64,000 bases of DNA from Granulicella sp. (GCA_027339965.1 DAHWNL010000076.1:1-64000); one strand, 5' to 3'. Shown: positions 19,106 through 29,948, counted from the stretch's first letter. Notes: generated by a model from the letters alone, not told the origin. Numbers and translations: made by a program.

Positions 19106-19507
19106 CTTTTGCCTCCTGAGCAACTCGAAGCTTATGATAACGCGGCGCAAGGTGGAAGTTCTGCGGCAGGCGCTGCGCCTAGCCTGTGTGCGCCCATCGC
19201 CCAGCGTCTCTCGCACGCAGCCTTCGACAGAGATCTTTTAGCAGCCTGCCCCGGAGCCCGAGAGTGACGGCACGCCGGACAGCGAGGATACCCGTGGATG
19301 CCGAAGGTCTTCGATTTTTTCCCTGGCGCGTCCCGGCTGAAGGCAGCGGCCTCCTTCAAGGTGTCGGCGGAGATTTTTCTCAGGGCGGGCAGCCTGCCTT
19401 TGCGGGTTCGAGGTCGAACTCTCAGCTACCGGTCTGGCTGAAGCTCGCATGGCTTGGCTCCCATGGCTTGGTTGACGCCATCGGAGAGCCTCTGCGAGAC
19501 TCGAATT

Positions 19508-20221
19508 ATGTCCTATACCGGTCGAGTGGAACTGGCCCAGGAGCGCAAGTTGCGCAGCAGCAATACGCGCCTTTACCGCGCCGCGCACTGGCCTCTTTGG
19601 ATCTGGGTGTTCTTCCTTGCCCCTGGTCCGCTGACGTTCAGATTGTTTGCCAAAGGTGTTCATCCCGGCAATCTGCTCTGGCTGGCGGTGGTGATGGTGG
19701 CCACCGGCATTGCTGCGATCCGCGGAAGCCTGCCCGGGGCCGAGCCGAGACCTTACATCTTGCGCTTCGACGAAGATAAGCCCAACCCTCTGTACCGCCG
19801 GGTCTGCTACACCTTTGCCTGGAATGCGGTGCTCAGCTTTGCTCTGCTGAACCTGAGCGGGCTTCTGGTGGCGGTGATAAGCGGAGTCTGGTATCTGAAA
19901 CAGATCTATGACTACGGTTATATCCCGCTCGGCCTGCTGATTCTTCTTCTTGGCGCCACGGGCAAGCTGCCCCGGGTGCGACCTTCGACCCGAGGGGAGG
20001 GGACGGAGCGGCGATACTTTTACGGCTCGGTCTGGTCCGTTACCTTGGCTCAAACGATCCTGTTGGTGTTGTGGAAGCTGTTGCCGCGCACCCACAGCGC
20101 GGATCAAGTGAAGCTTGCAGCGTATGTCGCAGTGCTGACCCTGGCTGGTCTGGCTGCCTGGCGAGGACTGTTCCCACGGACTCGCCCCATCCTGCCTGGC
20201 GAGTCCATGGTCGCCGACTGA
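19508..20221 (+). CDS. Integral membrane hypothetical protein
   Basis: About six hydrophobic segments; TTGACG-18-GAGACT promoter ending 6 nt before ATG 19508. Confidence 0.75.
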   Translation: MSYTGRVELAQERKLRSSNTRLYRAAHWPLWIWVFFLAPGPLTFRLFAKGVHPGNLLWLAVVMVATGIAAIRGSLPGAEPRPYILRFDEDKPNPLYRRVCYTFAWNAVLSFALLNLSGLLVAVISGVWYLKQIYDYGYIPLGLLILLLGATGKLPRVRPSTRGEGTERRYFYGSVWSVTLAQTILLVLWKLLPRTHSADQVKLAAYVAVLTLAGLAAWRGLFPRTRPILPGESMVAD

Positions 20222-20264
20222 ATTGCCTCCGCAGAGGTGGAGGAACGGCCTCTGTTTCTGGACT

Positions 20265-20380
20265 CCATAGCTTTTTAAGTGTTGTTCGATCATTCGAGAC
20301 CGGCTTGCTGAAGCATCTCACGGGCGAAAACGCCCTTTGAGTTTGAGCATCGGGAGATGCCTAAACGGAAAGGGCTGCGG
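20265..20380. repeat. Decayed copy of the 117-bp MITE-like element
   Basis: Colinear blocks CATAGC.TTTT.AGTGTTG ... GGCTT ... GAAAACGCCC ... GCAT.GGG ... GCCTA match copy A. Confidence 0.65.
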
Positions 20381-20576
20381 CCCGCGGCGGAAAAGCAGGC
20401 GTTTCGTCACCCTCATCTTGAACTTTCAGCGGGCAACGGAAGGCAGCTGGGCGTCACCCGGACAGGGTGAAAGCAGGGCTGAGCCTCTGTGTCTGCGGAG
20501 GTAAATTGCATCGCAAATCGTGTAAACTTTGCTTCTCTGCGTTCCTTCCCAGTGGTAGCGATTGGAGACATCCGGA

Positions 20577-23500
20577 ATGCCGCCGAAGACCCTTGTCCTG
20601 CGGAAACTTCTGCTATGCGTGCTGTGCTTCTCTCTTCTCTGCCCCATGTCCCTGGCGCAGCAGAGCGGCGGCGCTGGATCCACCGACCACTTAGCCTTTC
20701 GTTTCGCCGGGCCGCAGCAGGGAAACCGGGTCTCAGCCTTTGCCGGCCTTCCTGGAGACGACAACACCTACTATGCCGGTGCGGCCTCCGGGGGCTTATG
20801 GAAGACGACTGACGGCGGCAACGACTGGAGTCCCGTCTTTGACAAGCAATCCGTTGCGGCCATCGGATCGATCGCCATTGCCATGTCCGATCCCAATCTC
20901 ATCTGGGTGGGGACGGGCGATCCTTATGTGATTCGCGGCGGCAGCGTTCCCGGGGACGGGGTTTACAAGTCGCAAGATGCCGGCAAGACCTGGCAGCACA
21001 TGGGTCTGGACAAGACCGGACGAATCGCCCGGGTGCTGCTCAATCCGAGCGACCCCAATGAGGTGTATGCCTGCGCCGAGGGCCGCGACACCGGACCACA
21101 GCAGGAGCGCGGCGTCTTTCGCTCCATGGATGGCGGCGTTACCTGGCAGCGTGTGCTCTTTGTGGACGAGAATACCGGCTGCTCCGGGCTGAACTTCGAC
21201 CCCCAGAATCCGCGCACCCTATTTGCAGGCATGTGGCAGGTGGTGATGCAGCCCTGGGGCTTCTTTAGTGGTGGGCCGGGCAGCGGAGTCTATGTCTCCC
21301 ACGACGGTGGCGCAACCTGGAAGCATCTGGTAGGCCACGGCCTTCCCCACTCGCCCCTGGGCAAGATCGATGTTGTGGTTGCGCCGACGGATCAGAACCG
21401 GGTTTACGCTCTCATCGAAACGCGCGACCAGGGCTCGCTTTGGCGGTCGGACGACGGCGGCGACCAATGGAAGGCCGTCTCCTGGGATCGCACGCTGATC
21501 GAACGCGGAGGGTACTATGGCACGCTGGCTGTCTCGCCCACGGATGAGAACAAGATCTTTGTGGCCAACAGCACCTTCATGGTCTCCCCGGATGGTGGGT
21601 ATACCTTCCAGGCGACGGACTGGGGTGGCGACAATCACGACATCTGGTGGGATCCGAAGAATCCCAAGCACTTCGCCATCACCTTCGATGAGGGCATCGA
21701 CATCACCACTAGCGCCGGGAGCGGCTTCCAGTACGTGACGCTGCCGGTCGGCCAGATGTATCACGTAGCTGTGGACGACCAGATTCCCTACGAGATTTAC
21801 ACCAACATGCAGGACGCCACCACCATGCGCTTCCCCAGTCTCCCGCTCAGTGAAGACGATCCCAACGCGGGCTTCAATCGTGGCATGGGTGGCTGCGAGT
21901 CCGGCTATGTCATGCCCGACCCTACGGATCCAACCATCGTCTGGGCCAGTTGTTACGGGGACGAGGTCACGCGCTGGGATGCCAAGATCTTCGAGGCCCG
22001 GTCCGTGGGCCCATGGTTCCATACAATGGATGCAGCGCCCAATCAGATTAAGTACCGCTGCCACTGGACTCCCCCGCTGGCCATCGATCCTTTTGATCAC
22101 AACACCGTCTATTACGGCTGCCAGGCTGTCTTCAAAACTATCAATGGAGGGCAGAGCTGGACGCTGATGGGGCCCGACCTGTCCACGCGCGATCCATCCA
22201 AACTGCTCTCCTCGGGTGGTTTGATCGGGGATAATCTGGGCCAGTTTTACGATGAGGTGGTCTACGCGCTGGCTCCTTCCAGCGTGCAGAGGGGGCTGCT
22301 TTGGGCTGGCACGAATGATGGCAAGGTCTGGTACACGCCGGATGGCGGAGGGCACTGGAACGACGTGACCGCCAATATTCCAGCACTACCCTCCGAGAGT
22401 GTCGTCAGCAGTATCCAGCCCTCGTTCTTCGATGCTGGCACAGCGTATGTCTCCATCGATCGTCATCTGCTCGACGATAGCGACCCTTACATCTACAAGA
22501 CAACCGACTTTGGCAAGACCTGGACCAGGATCTCCAACAGTCTGCCCCGAAGCTCACTCTCCTACGTTCTGGACATCGCAGAGGATCCCAACTGCAAGGG
22601 CCTGCTCTTCGCCGGGGAGGGTAACGCGCTGTACTACTCGCTCAACGACGGCCAAAGCTGGACCCAATTCAACAAGGGCCTGCCGCCTTCGCCGGTGACC
22701 TGGAGCGTGGTGCAGAGACGGTTCCACGACCTGGTGGTCTCGACGTATGGCCGGGGCATATACATTCTGGACGACATCTCGCCGCTGGAGCAGATGGCGC
22801 ACGAGGCCAAAACGCCCGAAGCCGGCAAAGGGACTCGTTTCTTCACTCCCCGTCCCACTTACCGGCTCCTGCACGGCGCGAATGTATTTTTCGACTATTC
22901 GCTGCGCGCTGCGCCCACCAAGCCGGTGAAGCTGGAGATCTTTGATGCTAAAGGAGGCCTGGTCCGCTCGATCACCACAACGGGCCATGCCGGCCTGAAT
23001 CGCATTGCTTGGAACATGCACTACGACAAGCCGCGCCAGGTTTTGCTGCGCACGCTTCCTCCGGAGAATCCGCACATCTTTTACACTGGCAGATTTTATG
23101 ACAAGGCAGATCGTCCGGTGACCCACTGGGGCATGTACGATATGCCTTCACCCATGGCCGCGCCGGGGAACTATACGGCCAAGCTGACCGCGGAAGGAGA
23201 GACCGACTCCCGGCCGGTGGTGATTCTGGCAGATCCCAAGAGTCCCGGATCGCCGCAGCAGATCCAGGCTTCGGTCAAGCTGCAACTGCAAATTGGCTCG
23301 GAGATCGACAAGGTCTCCGCCATGGTGAATCACATCGAATGGATGCGCCAGCAGCTTGCGGTGGTTGAGGGCATGCTGCGCGAGCAGAAGAGTGAAGCTG
23401 CGCTGGCAAAGGCGGCGCAGGTCGCAGACGAGCAGATGCAAGATGTGGAGTATGAGCTGCTCTCCAAGTCGCTGGCCGCCGGCGATGACAAGTCATTTCT

Positions 23501-23756
23501 CTCGGCCTGGAAGATTTACTACAATCTGGTCTGGCTGGAAGCCCAAGTGGGTTCCGGGGCCGGCGATGTGGCGGGAGGAACCGACTACGCTCCCACGGAT
23601 ACGGAGTACTCGCTGTTCAAGTTGATTGAGCAGAAGCTGGCCAAAGCCGAAGAGGACTACCACCGGCTGATGAGCCAACAGCTTCCGGCGTTCAATCGAG
23701 TTCTGCTGGCGCACAACATCACGCCCATCAGCGATGCCGGCAGCCCGCATCCTTAG
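20577..23756 (+). CDS. Secreted BNR/VPS10-type beta-propeller protein (glycosyl hydrolase-like)
   Basis: Signal peptide, many S/T-x-D-G-G-x-x-W Asp-box repeats, helical C-terminus. Confidence 0.88.
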   Translation: MPPKTLVLRKLLLCVLCFSLLCPMSLAQQSGGAGSTDHLAFRFAGPQQGNRVSAFAGLPGDDNTYYAGAASGGLWKTTDGGNDWSPVFDKQSVAAIGSIAIAMSDPNLIWVGTGDPYVIRGGSVPGDGVYKSQDAGKTWQHMGLDKTGRIARVLLNPSDPNEVYACAEGRDTGPQQERGVFRSMDGGVTWQRVLFVDENTGCSGLNFDPQNPRTLFAGMWQVVMQPWGFFSGGPGSGVYVSHDGGATWKHLVGHGLPHSPLGKIDVVVAPTDQNRVYALIETRDQGSLWRSDDGGDQWKAVSWDRTLIERGGYYGTLAVSPTDENKIFVANSTFMVSPDGGYTFQATDWGGDNHDIWWDPKNPKHFAITFDEGIDITTSAGSGFQYVTLPVGQMYHVAVDDQIPYEIYTNMQDATTMRFPSLPLSEDDPNAGFNRGMGGCESGYVMPDPTDPTIVWASCYGDEVTRWDAKIFEARSVGPWFHTMDAAPNQIKYRCHWTPPLAIDPFDHNTVYYGCQAVFKTINGGQSWTLMGPDLSTRDPSKLLSSGGLIGDNLGQFYDEVVYALAPSSVQRGLLWAGTNDGKVWYTPDGGGHWNDVTANIPALPSESVVSSIQPSFFDAGTAYVSIDRHLLDDSDPYIYKTTDFGKTWTRISNSLPRSSLSYVLDIAEDPNCKGLLFAGEGNALYYSLNDGQSWTQFNKGLPPSPVTWSVVQRRFHDLVVSTYGRGIYILDDISPLEQMAHEAKTPEAGKGTRFFTPRPTYRLLHGANVFFDYSLRAAPTKPVKLEIFDAKGGLVRSITTTGHAGLNRIAWNMHYDKPRQVLLRTLPPENPHIFYTGRFYDKADRPVTHWGMYDMPSPMAAPGNYTAKLTAEGETDSRPVVILADPKSPGSPQQIQASVKLQLQIGSEIDKVSAMVNHIEWMRQQLAVVEGMLREQKSEAALAKAAQVADEQMQDVEYELLSKSLAAGDDKSFLSAWKIYYNLVWLEAQVGSGAGDVAGGTDYAPTDTEYSLFKLIEQKLAKAEEDYHRLMSQQLPAFNRVLLAHNITPISDAGSPHP

Positions 23757-23890
23757 ACGGCGAGCCTTGCTCAAAGTTTCTTGAGATGTCTCTCTCGCTT
23801 CAAACAATTCGGCACGCCAGGGCCTGCCCCGCTTGCGCCGGAGAGAGTGTTGCCTGCGCAGGATGGTGGCTCTGCGGCAGGGGTCGATTT

Positions 23891-23966
23891 CCTGAGCATA
23901 GCGGAGCATCCTGAGCATAGCGGAGCATCCTGGGCATAGCGGAGCAAGCTGGGCATAGCGGAGCAA
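23891..23966. repeat. 4 x 19-bp tandem repeat
   Basis: Unit (C/G)CTG(A/G)GCATAGCGGAGCA(T/A) at 23891, 23910, 23929 and 23948. Confidence 0.95.
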
Positions 23967-24095
23967 AGGAGTGTTAGAATACGAGAGATCGTCGAATCCG
24001 ACCTGGTGTCCTTGCCTGTTCCGCTTCATCGCTAAACTTGCAAATCGTCCCACCCGAGAGTTCAGCGATACATTGATTCAGAAGGAAGCAAAGAT

Positions 24096-24296
24096 ATGGA
24101 ACAGGGAACCGTGAAGTGGTTTAACGACGCAAAGGGCTTTGGATTTCTCAGCAGGCCGAATGGCGAGGATGTCTTCGTACATTTCTCCGCAATTCAGAGC
24201 AACGGCTTTCGGTCATTGCAGGAGGGTCAGGCCGTCCAGTTCAACGTGGTCAAAGGACCCAAAGGCTGGCAGGCAGAGAACGTTCAACCTCTCTAA
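24096..24296 (+). CDS. csp: Cold-shock protein (CspA family)
   Basis: [21 protein letters not shown]. Confidence 0.97.
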   Translation: MEQGTVKWFNDAKGFGFLSRPNGEDVFVHFSAIQSNGFRSLQEGQAVQFNVVKGPKGWQAENVQPL

Positions 24297-24305
24297 GCAG
24301 AGATG

Positions 24306-24349
24306 AAGACAAAAGCGGGAAGAACGAACGTTCTTCCCGCTTTTGTCTT
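24306..24349. terminator. Bidirectional terminator
   Basis: Perfect 20-bp stem AAGACAAAAGCGGGAAGAAC/GTTCTTCCCGCTTTTGTCTT between convergent genes. Confidence 0.85.
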
Positions 24350-24459
24350 GGGGCAAGGTCTCTCATTGCTTCTTCAGGGCCGCGGGTATCTCGGAACGGG
24401 TGGGTCTCGGATTCTTCATTTTGGTAGACGCCGATGGATGCGTCGGTTCTCGATAGAGT

Positions 24460-26055
24460 CTACTCGGAAGCCTTCAAGGCATCCCGAGTGGTGACTCCAT
24501 CCACCATGCGCAGAATGCCGCGGGGATTCTCATCGCGAAGCTCCTCGGGCAAGGACGCCTGGGGGAATCCCTGGTAGCACACCGGACGTGCAAAGCGCAA
24601 GATCGCCCGCGTGCCTACGGAGGTAAACCGGCTGTCTGAGGAGGCCGGATAGGGCCCTCCATGCACCATCGCATCACAGACCTCCACGCCGGTGGGGTAG
24701 CCGTTGAAGAGCACTCGCCCGGCCTTGCGCTCCAATACGGCGATCAGGTCCGAAGATGCGGCCAGATCCTCTTCCGTGCCGAGAAGGGTTGCGGTCAGGT
24801 GGCCGTCCAGGCTCTCAGCCGCGCGCAGCATGGCTTCACGGCTGTTGCAGCGGATGAGCAGCGTTGCAGGTCCAAAGACCTCCTCGCCCAGGTCCGGTTG
24901 TTGCAGGAAGTTCTTCAAGTCAGTCTCCAGCAGTGTGGCAGCAGCGCCGCACAAGCTCGTGGTCTGCGCCGCGGGATCTGTTCCCTCGCCACAGAGGTGG
25001 GCTCGCTCCTGGATGGCGCGACGGTAGTTGGCAGCGATGGCCGGGGTTAGCAGCGTAAATCCGGTGCTCTGCCGGGTAAGCCGGCGCAGTTCAGCCAGCA
25101 GACCTTCCGTCTGTTGCAGATGGGGTACAAAGACCATCCCCGGCTTGGTACAGAACTGTCCTGCCCCGAGGGTGAAGGAGTTATGCAGCCCGGAGGCGAT
25201 CTCTGTTGTCCGGGTAGCCAGCGCGCCGGGCAGAACGAAGATGGGATTGCTGCTGCCCATCTCAGCGAAGCAAGGAATCGGGTTCGGCCGGCGTGCCACA
25301 AGATCCATCAGAGCGCGTCCTCCACGGCGCGAGCCGGTAAAGGCGACGGCCTGGATCAGCGGATGCTCTACCAGTGCTTTGCCCACCTCAAAGCCGGAGT
25401 CGAAGAGCAGAGAAAAGAGGCCGTCGGGGGCTCCGCAGCTTTTGATGCTTTCGGAGACAATCTGCCCCGCCAGTTCGCTGGTTCCGGGATGCGCGGGGTG
25501 AGCTTTGACCACTACCGGACAGCCGGCGGCCAGGGCAGAGGCCGTGTCGCCGCCAGCTACGGAAAACGCCAGAGGGAAGTTGGAGGCTCCGAAGACGGCC
25601 ACAGGGCCGAGTGGTTGCAGCATCGAGCGCAGGTCCGGGCGCGGCAACGGCTTCCGGTCCGGAACTGCCAGATCGATGCGTGCTTCTACCCAGGATCCCT
25701 CCTCCGCGACCCTGGCGAACATGCGAAGCTGATTGCTGGTGCGCTGCGTCTCTCCCTTCAGCCGAGCCTCGGGCAGAGCCGTCTCGAGTTGCGCTCGAGC
25801 CGTCAACTCCCCTGCAGCGGAATCCAGTCTGTTAGCGATAGCGCGCAGCAGCCTGGCCCGCTCCGCGCCGCTGCTCTTCCTCCAGGTGAGGAATGCCATC
25901 TGCGCCGCTTCCAGCGTATGCGCGACCTCCTGCTCAGAGGCGGAAAAGAAGGCCGGTCCCAACGCCTCGCCGGTGGCGGGATTCAGGGCGGAAAACTGTG
26001 GGCCTGCCTTCTCCGCGGCCCGGCCTGCAATAAGGGAAACTCCTGAGATCTGCAT
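24460..26055 (-). CDS. NADP-dependent aldehyde dehydrogenase (alpha-ketoglutaric semialdehyde dehydrogenase)
   Basis: GASNFPLAFS.AGGDTASALAAGCP, EMGS, GQFCTKPG, HGGPYPA; operon context. Confidence 0.9.
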   Translation of the reverse strand: MQISGVSLIAGRAAEKAGPQFSALNPATGEALGPAFFSASEQEVAHTLEAAQMAFLTWRKSSGAERARLLRAIANRLDSAAGELTARAQLETALPEARLKGETQRTSNQLRMFARVAEEGSWVEARIDLAVPDRKPLPRPDLRSMLQPLGPVAVFGASNFPLAFSVAGGDTASALAAGCPVVVKAHPAHPGTSELAGQIVSESIKSCGAPDGLFSLLFDSGFEVGKALVEHPLIQAVAFTGSRRGGRALMDLVARRPNPIPCFAEMGSSNPIFVLPGALATRTTEIASGLHNSFTLGAGQFCTKPGMVFVPHLQQTEGLLAELRRLTRQSTGFTLLTPAIAANYRRAIQERAHLCGEGTDPAAQTTSLCGAAATLLETDLKNFLQQPDLGEEVFGPATLLIRCNSREAMLRAAESLDGHLTATLLGTEEDLAASSDLIAVLERKAGRVLFNGYPTGVEVCDAMVHGGPYPASSDSRFTSVGTRAILRFARPVCYQGFPQASLPEELRDENPRGILRMVDGVTTRDALKASE

Positions 26056-26194
26056 AGAAACCTCGCGTTGCCTTTGGTTGGTTCAAGCTCTGACGGGCTG
26101 CGCTCGCCGGTGGTCCGATGGATGCCATGAACTGCTCCGCCTGGAGACCGCGCCAGAACTTGCCGGGTTGATCTTCGCAAATCGCCGCAGTTGG

Positions 26195-27109
26195 CTACGC
26201 CGCCGGGAAGGGCGTACTTTGCACCGAGGGCCGATTCGCCAGCGCTTGCCGCACCGCGGCGCGCACCTCTTCCAACTCGGTTCCGATCACCTCCAGCCGC
26301 GGTGGCCGTACCCTGGCGTTTCCAGTGCCCGTCTCGTGCTGCACCTGTTTGATGAGTTGGATGAACTTGGGGACGGTATCCATGCGCAACAGGGGCAAGA
26401 ACCAGCGATACAGTTCGAACGCCTCCTCACGCCGGCCATGAATGGCGGCCTGGAACAGAGCCACCGACTCGGCTGGGAAGGCATTCACCAATCCTGCTAC
26501 CCATCCCACGGCTCCCGCGGCGATGCCCTCGACGATGGCGTCATCCACGCCTACGAAGATCTTCAGCCGATCGCCGATGAGAGCGCGAATGGCGGTGACC
26601 CGGCGCACATCCGTGCTGGACTCCTTCACCGCAGTGAGGTTCTGGTGCTCCCCGGCCAACTCCGCGATCTGCTCGGGCAAGAAGTCGGTTCCATAGGAGA
26701 CGGGATTGTTGTACAGCATGCAGGAGAGCGGGGTGGCTGCGAGGATGGCGGCGATATGGGCCTTCATCTCACGCCAGTCGCCGCGATAGACATAGGGCGG
26801 AAGCACCATCAGTCCCGAACAGCCGGCCTGCTCCGCCTGTTTGGCCTGGGTGACTGCCTGGGCGGTGGAGAGAGCGGAGATGGCTGCGACGACTGGGGTC
26901 TGACCGGAAGCGGCCACCGCGCAACGAAGAACCGCTTGCTTCTCCTCGGCGCTCAGTGTGGTGGCCTCGCCCAGAGAACCCAGCGCGACGATTCCCGTGC
27001 ATCCATTGTCGATCAGCCATTGCAGATGACGGGTTAGAAAAGCCTGGTCAAGGCTCAGGTCAGGCTTGAAACAGGTTGTGATGGCTGGCATAACGCCGTA
27101 CCACTTCAT
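26195..27109 (-). CDS. DapA-family lyase, probable delta1-pyrroline-4-hydroxy-2-carboxylate deaminase
   Basis: GSLGE, YNNP, KESS motifs; operon context. Confidence 0.85.
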   Translation of the reverse strand: MKWYGVMPAITTCFKPDLSLDQAFLTRHLQWLIDNGCTGIVALGSLGEATTLSAEEKQAVLRCAVAASGQTPVVAAISALSTAQAVTQAKQAEQAGCSGLMVLPPYVYRGDWREMKAHIAAILAATPLSCMLYNNPVSYGTDFLPEQIAELAGEHQNLTAVKESSTDVRRVTAIRALIGDRLKIFVGVDDAIVEGIAAGAVGWVAGLVNAFPAESVALFQAAIHGRREEAFELYRWFLPLLRMDTVPKFIQLIKQVQHETGTGNARVRPPRLEVIGTELEEVRAAVRQALANRPSVQSTPFPAA

Positions 27110-27167
27110 AATGCCTCCTTGGGGTTTGGATCCGGGCTTTCGGGATCGAATTTATTCTGCATCGAGT

Positions 27168-28508
27168 TCATCGTGGTTTGCCGGCCGGTTGAGCCGATGA
27201 TGGAAGCGTCTCCGCTTCCATAAGACTGGAGACACATGCGGGATAGAGTGGAGGATGCACGGGGCCGGAGGTCCAAGCGAAGAGAAATTCAGTTGCAGCG
27301 CCGCAGACCCTCCCCTGACAGGGGCCCATGCCGCAGCGGGTATGCAGTTTGGCGTCCCGCCAACCCGAGCGCCCCCGCAGAGATCCCATGCGGACATCCT
27401 CGCAGCGGCAGACGATGGTCTGATCGTCAGCCAGATCGCGTAGCCGAGGATCCAGCCGGAAGGCGCGCTCCAGGGCCTGCGCAAACGCCTGCACCCGCGG
27501 GCGACGCCGGACGAGAGCCGCAGCGGCTTCTATCTTGCCGGCGGCTGATAACCCGGCGATCTGACCTTCGAGGAGCGAGGCTTCGACGCCGCCGATTCCT
27601 GTCGGCTCGCCCGCGCACCATACCGCGGGCATCGAGGTCCGCATCTGCTGGTCGGTGACGACGCAGCCGTCCTGGATCCTGCAGCCCAGCAAGGCCGCCA
27701 GTTCGGTGTTGGGAACCAAATGAAATCCGCAGGCCAGGTAATCGCAGGCGACGGTCCACTGCCGCCCTTGCCGATGTAGCGTGACGGCCTGAAGCTGCGG
27801 TGAATCATGAGGCTCGCTCTCAGAGCTGTGGCAGGGATGCGTCAGTGCGGCCAGCGGCCAGCAACGAGTAAGAAAAGGGGTCTTTCGCGTGGCCCAGCGA
27901 TATACCGCGCCCTGGCGCAGCTTGCCGGGCTGACGAAGCAGGGCGAGCGCCAGAGGCGCCATCTGGGCCAGGGATGCCTGTTCGCAGATGGCGACCACTT
28001 TAGCTCCGTGCTCCGTCAGATGAGCAGCGACCGCCAACAGCAGAGGACCCGTCCCGGCGATCACCACGCGCTTTCCTGCAATCGGCAGGCCGCTACACAC
28101 CAGAGCATCCAAACCGCCCGCGCCCATGACATTCGGCAGCGTCCATCCAGGAAAGGGGAGAAAGCGTTCGCGCGCTCCCGTAGCCAGGACCAGGCGACGA
28201 AAGTGAAGATCGGTTGCCTGTACTCCGGGGGTGTTGCACTCTGCCCGCAAGGCACCCCCTTCCGGGGTTAATCTCAGGCAGTCGATCACCCTCCATCCCA
28301 TCATGCGCACCACGGCAGCGGCCTCGAATTGATCGTTCCAGCGCTTCGCCGCAGCCGGAAGCGGAGCTCCACGGCGCCAGATCTGCCCGCCGGGAGAGGG
28401 AGAGTCATCCACCACGCCCACCCGCAAGCCGTTCTCTGCGGCGGCCATCGCCGCAGCCATGCCCGCCGGCCCCGCGCCGACCACAAGGATGTCAAAGTCG
28501 TGTCTCAT
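27168..28508 (-). CDS. FAD/NAD(P) oxidoreductase with C-terminal BFD-like 2Fe-2S domain (D-hydroxyproline dehydrogenase subunit, HcnB-like)
   Basis: VGAGPAG, LATGARERFLPFPGWTLP, CRCE...CGMGPCQGRVC. Confidence 0.85.
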   Translation of the reverse strand: MRHDFDILVVGAGPAGMAAAMAAAENGLRVGVVDDSPSPGGQIWRRGAPLPAAAKRWNDQFEAAAVVRMMGWRVIDCLRLTPEGGALRAECNTPGVQATDLHFRRLVLATGARERFLPFPGWTLPNVMGAGGLDALVCSGLPIAGKRVVIAGTGPLLLAVAAHLTEHGAKVVAICEQASLAQMAPLALALLRQPGKLRQGAVYRWATRKTPFLTRCWPLAALTHPCHSSESEPHDSPQLQAVTLHRQGRQWTVACDYLACGFHLVPNTELAALLGCRIQDGCVVTDQQMRTSMPAVWCAGEPTGIGGVEASLLEGQIAGLSAAGKIEAAAALVRRRPRVQAFAQALERAFRLDPRLRDLADDQTIVCRCEDVRMGSLRGRSGWRDAKLHTRCGMGPCQGRVCGAATEFLFAWTSGPVHPPLYPACVSSLMEAETLPSSAQPAGKPR

Positions 28509-28792
28509 GGCAGGGGTGGTTCTCCACAAGTTGTTACCTGCATACCGGGTAGACACAGTGTCTGGCAGCTTCGCAGATAGGGCACGCCGCCGATAGTGAC
28601 CTGGCACTCAAAACAGACGCCCATGCCACACAGCGGCGCGCGGGGCTCTCCGCTGATCGAGGTGCGCGTCCGCGCGCCCACGCTCAACACCGCGGCGGCC
28701 ACCGTGGCACCGAGAGGGACTCGAACCCGGACTCCGTCCACGCTCAGCTCAATGCGGTCTTTCGAGATCTTCTGCGTGGCTGGCTCAGTCAT
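28505..28792 (-). CDS. 2Fe-2S ferredoxin-like subunit (HcnA-like)
   Basis: CGMGVCFEC...SC; overlaps both neighbours. Confidence 0.85.
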   Translation of the reverse strand: MTEPATQKISKDRIELSVDGVRVRVPLGATVAAAVLSVGARTRTSISGEPRAPLCGMGVCFECQVTIGGVPYLRSCQTLCLPGMQVTTCGEPPLP

Positions 28793-29948
28793 CGGCCATC
28801 CCCCCGGAAAAAGTCGAATCTGGTTCCGAACGAACCCGGTCCCCAAAGCGGGCCGGCAGATAAGGATACGGCGCAATTCCCGGCATCACTCCAGCAATCT
28901 CCGCCGCTACCAACTCTCCCGTGGCCAGCGAGGTGGTGATCCCCAACCCCTCGTGACCGGTGGCCAGCAGCAGCGATGGATCGCCGGGCCAGGGTCCGAT
29001 CAATGGCAGCTTATCTGGCGTCGCCGCGCGGAATCCGGTCCATACGCGAATTGCCCTCAGGAGACCGATTCGGGGAAGATAGCTCTCCGCGCGCCGCAGC
29101 ATGGCGCTCAGCAGAGAACGGTTGACGGTGGTGTCCTCGGCGCCAAACTCGCGCGAACTGCCAATAAGAATCTGGCCGGTCTGACGCGGCTGCACATTGA
29201 AGGCCGCAGAGGGGCCGGCCACAGAGCTCGCGCTCTTCAGGTAGCCCAGTTCGACCAATTGGTGATGCACAAAGCCCGGACACCGATCGGTGATCAGCAG
29301 ATGCCCGCGGCGCTTCCGAATGGGCAGCTCGGGCAGCAGTCGAGTGGCGTCTGTTCCGCAGGCGTTCACAATCCGCTCGGCACCCAGTGTGCTCCCATCC
29401 GCCATCCTCACCTGGCCTCTGGCCGCTGTCACCACGGATTGTTGGGTGAGCAACCGTGCGCCCAACTCCATTGCTTGGCGCAGGAGGTATGCCGCGGCGG
29501 CAGGGGGGTAGAGCACGGCGTCGCAGGGAACGCGCAGAGCGCCGGCCAGACCGAGCCGCAAGCTGGGCTCTGCCTCGGCCAGGCCGCGAGCGTCCAGAAC
29601 CTCCGTCGCAATGCCGGCCGCTGCATAGACGGCCTGCCTGCGCAGCACCTCTTGCATCTCCTGCTCGTCAGCGGCCACCCACAGGGTGCCTCGCTGCTCA
29701 AACTCAACCTCAGCGGGCATCTCGGCGGCGATCGAGCCCCAAAGCTGTTGCGACCGCCGCGTGAGCGCCAGTTGCGCGGGAGAGTCGTCCATGACGACGA
29801 TGTGTCCCATGCCCGCGGAAGTGGCGCCTCCACCCACGCCGGCGCCGTCCACCACCAGCGTCTTCAACCCCTGAGCAGCACAGGCCCGTGCGCAAGCCGC
29901 GCCCACGATGCCGGCACCGATCACGATGACATCCTGACTGCCGGTCAT
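28785..29948 (-). CDS. FAD-dependent D-amino acid oxidase family subunit (D-hydroxyproline dehydrogenase, HcnC-like)
   Basis: [35 protein letters not shown] 29948. Confidence 0.88.
   Translation of the reverse strand: MTGSQDVIVIGAGIVGAACARACAAQGLKTLVVDGAGVGGGATSAGMGHIVVMDDSPAQLALTRRSQQLWGSIAAEMPAEVEFEQRGTLWVAADEQEMQEVLRRQAVYAAAGIATEVLDARGLAEAEPSLRLGLAGALRVPCDAVLYPPAAAAYLLRQAMELGARLLTQQSVVTAARGQVRMADGSTLGAERIVNACGTDATRLLPELPIRKRRGHLLITDRCPGFVHHQLVELGYLKSASSVAGPSAAFNVQPRQTGQILIGSSREFGAEDTTVNRSLLSAMLRRAESYLPRIGLLRAIRVWTGFRAATPDKLPLIGPWPGDPSLLLATGHEGLGITTSLATGELVAAEIAGVMPGIAPYPYLPARFGDRVRSEPDSTFSGGMADD

Noticed and set aside
16265..20479. Shared 14-mer GGTGAAAGCAGGGC in two intergenic regions (16265 and 20466)
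   Set aside because: Flanks do not align; compatible with chance
23891..23966. CRISPR array
   Set aside because: Repeats are head-to-tail with no spacers, and no cas genes are present
27168..29948. Hydrogen cyanide synthase hcnABC
   Set aside because: The adjacent epimerase, deaminase and semialdehyde dehydrogenase fit hydroxyproline catabolism much better
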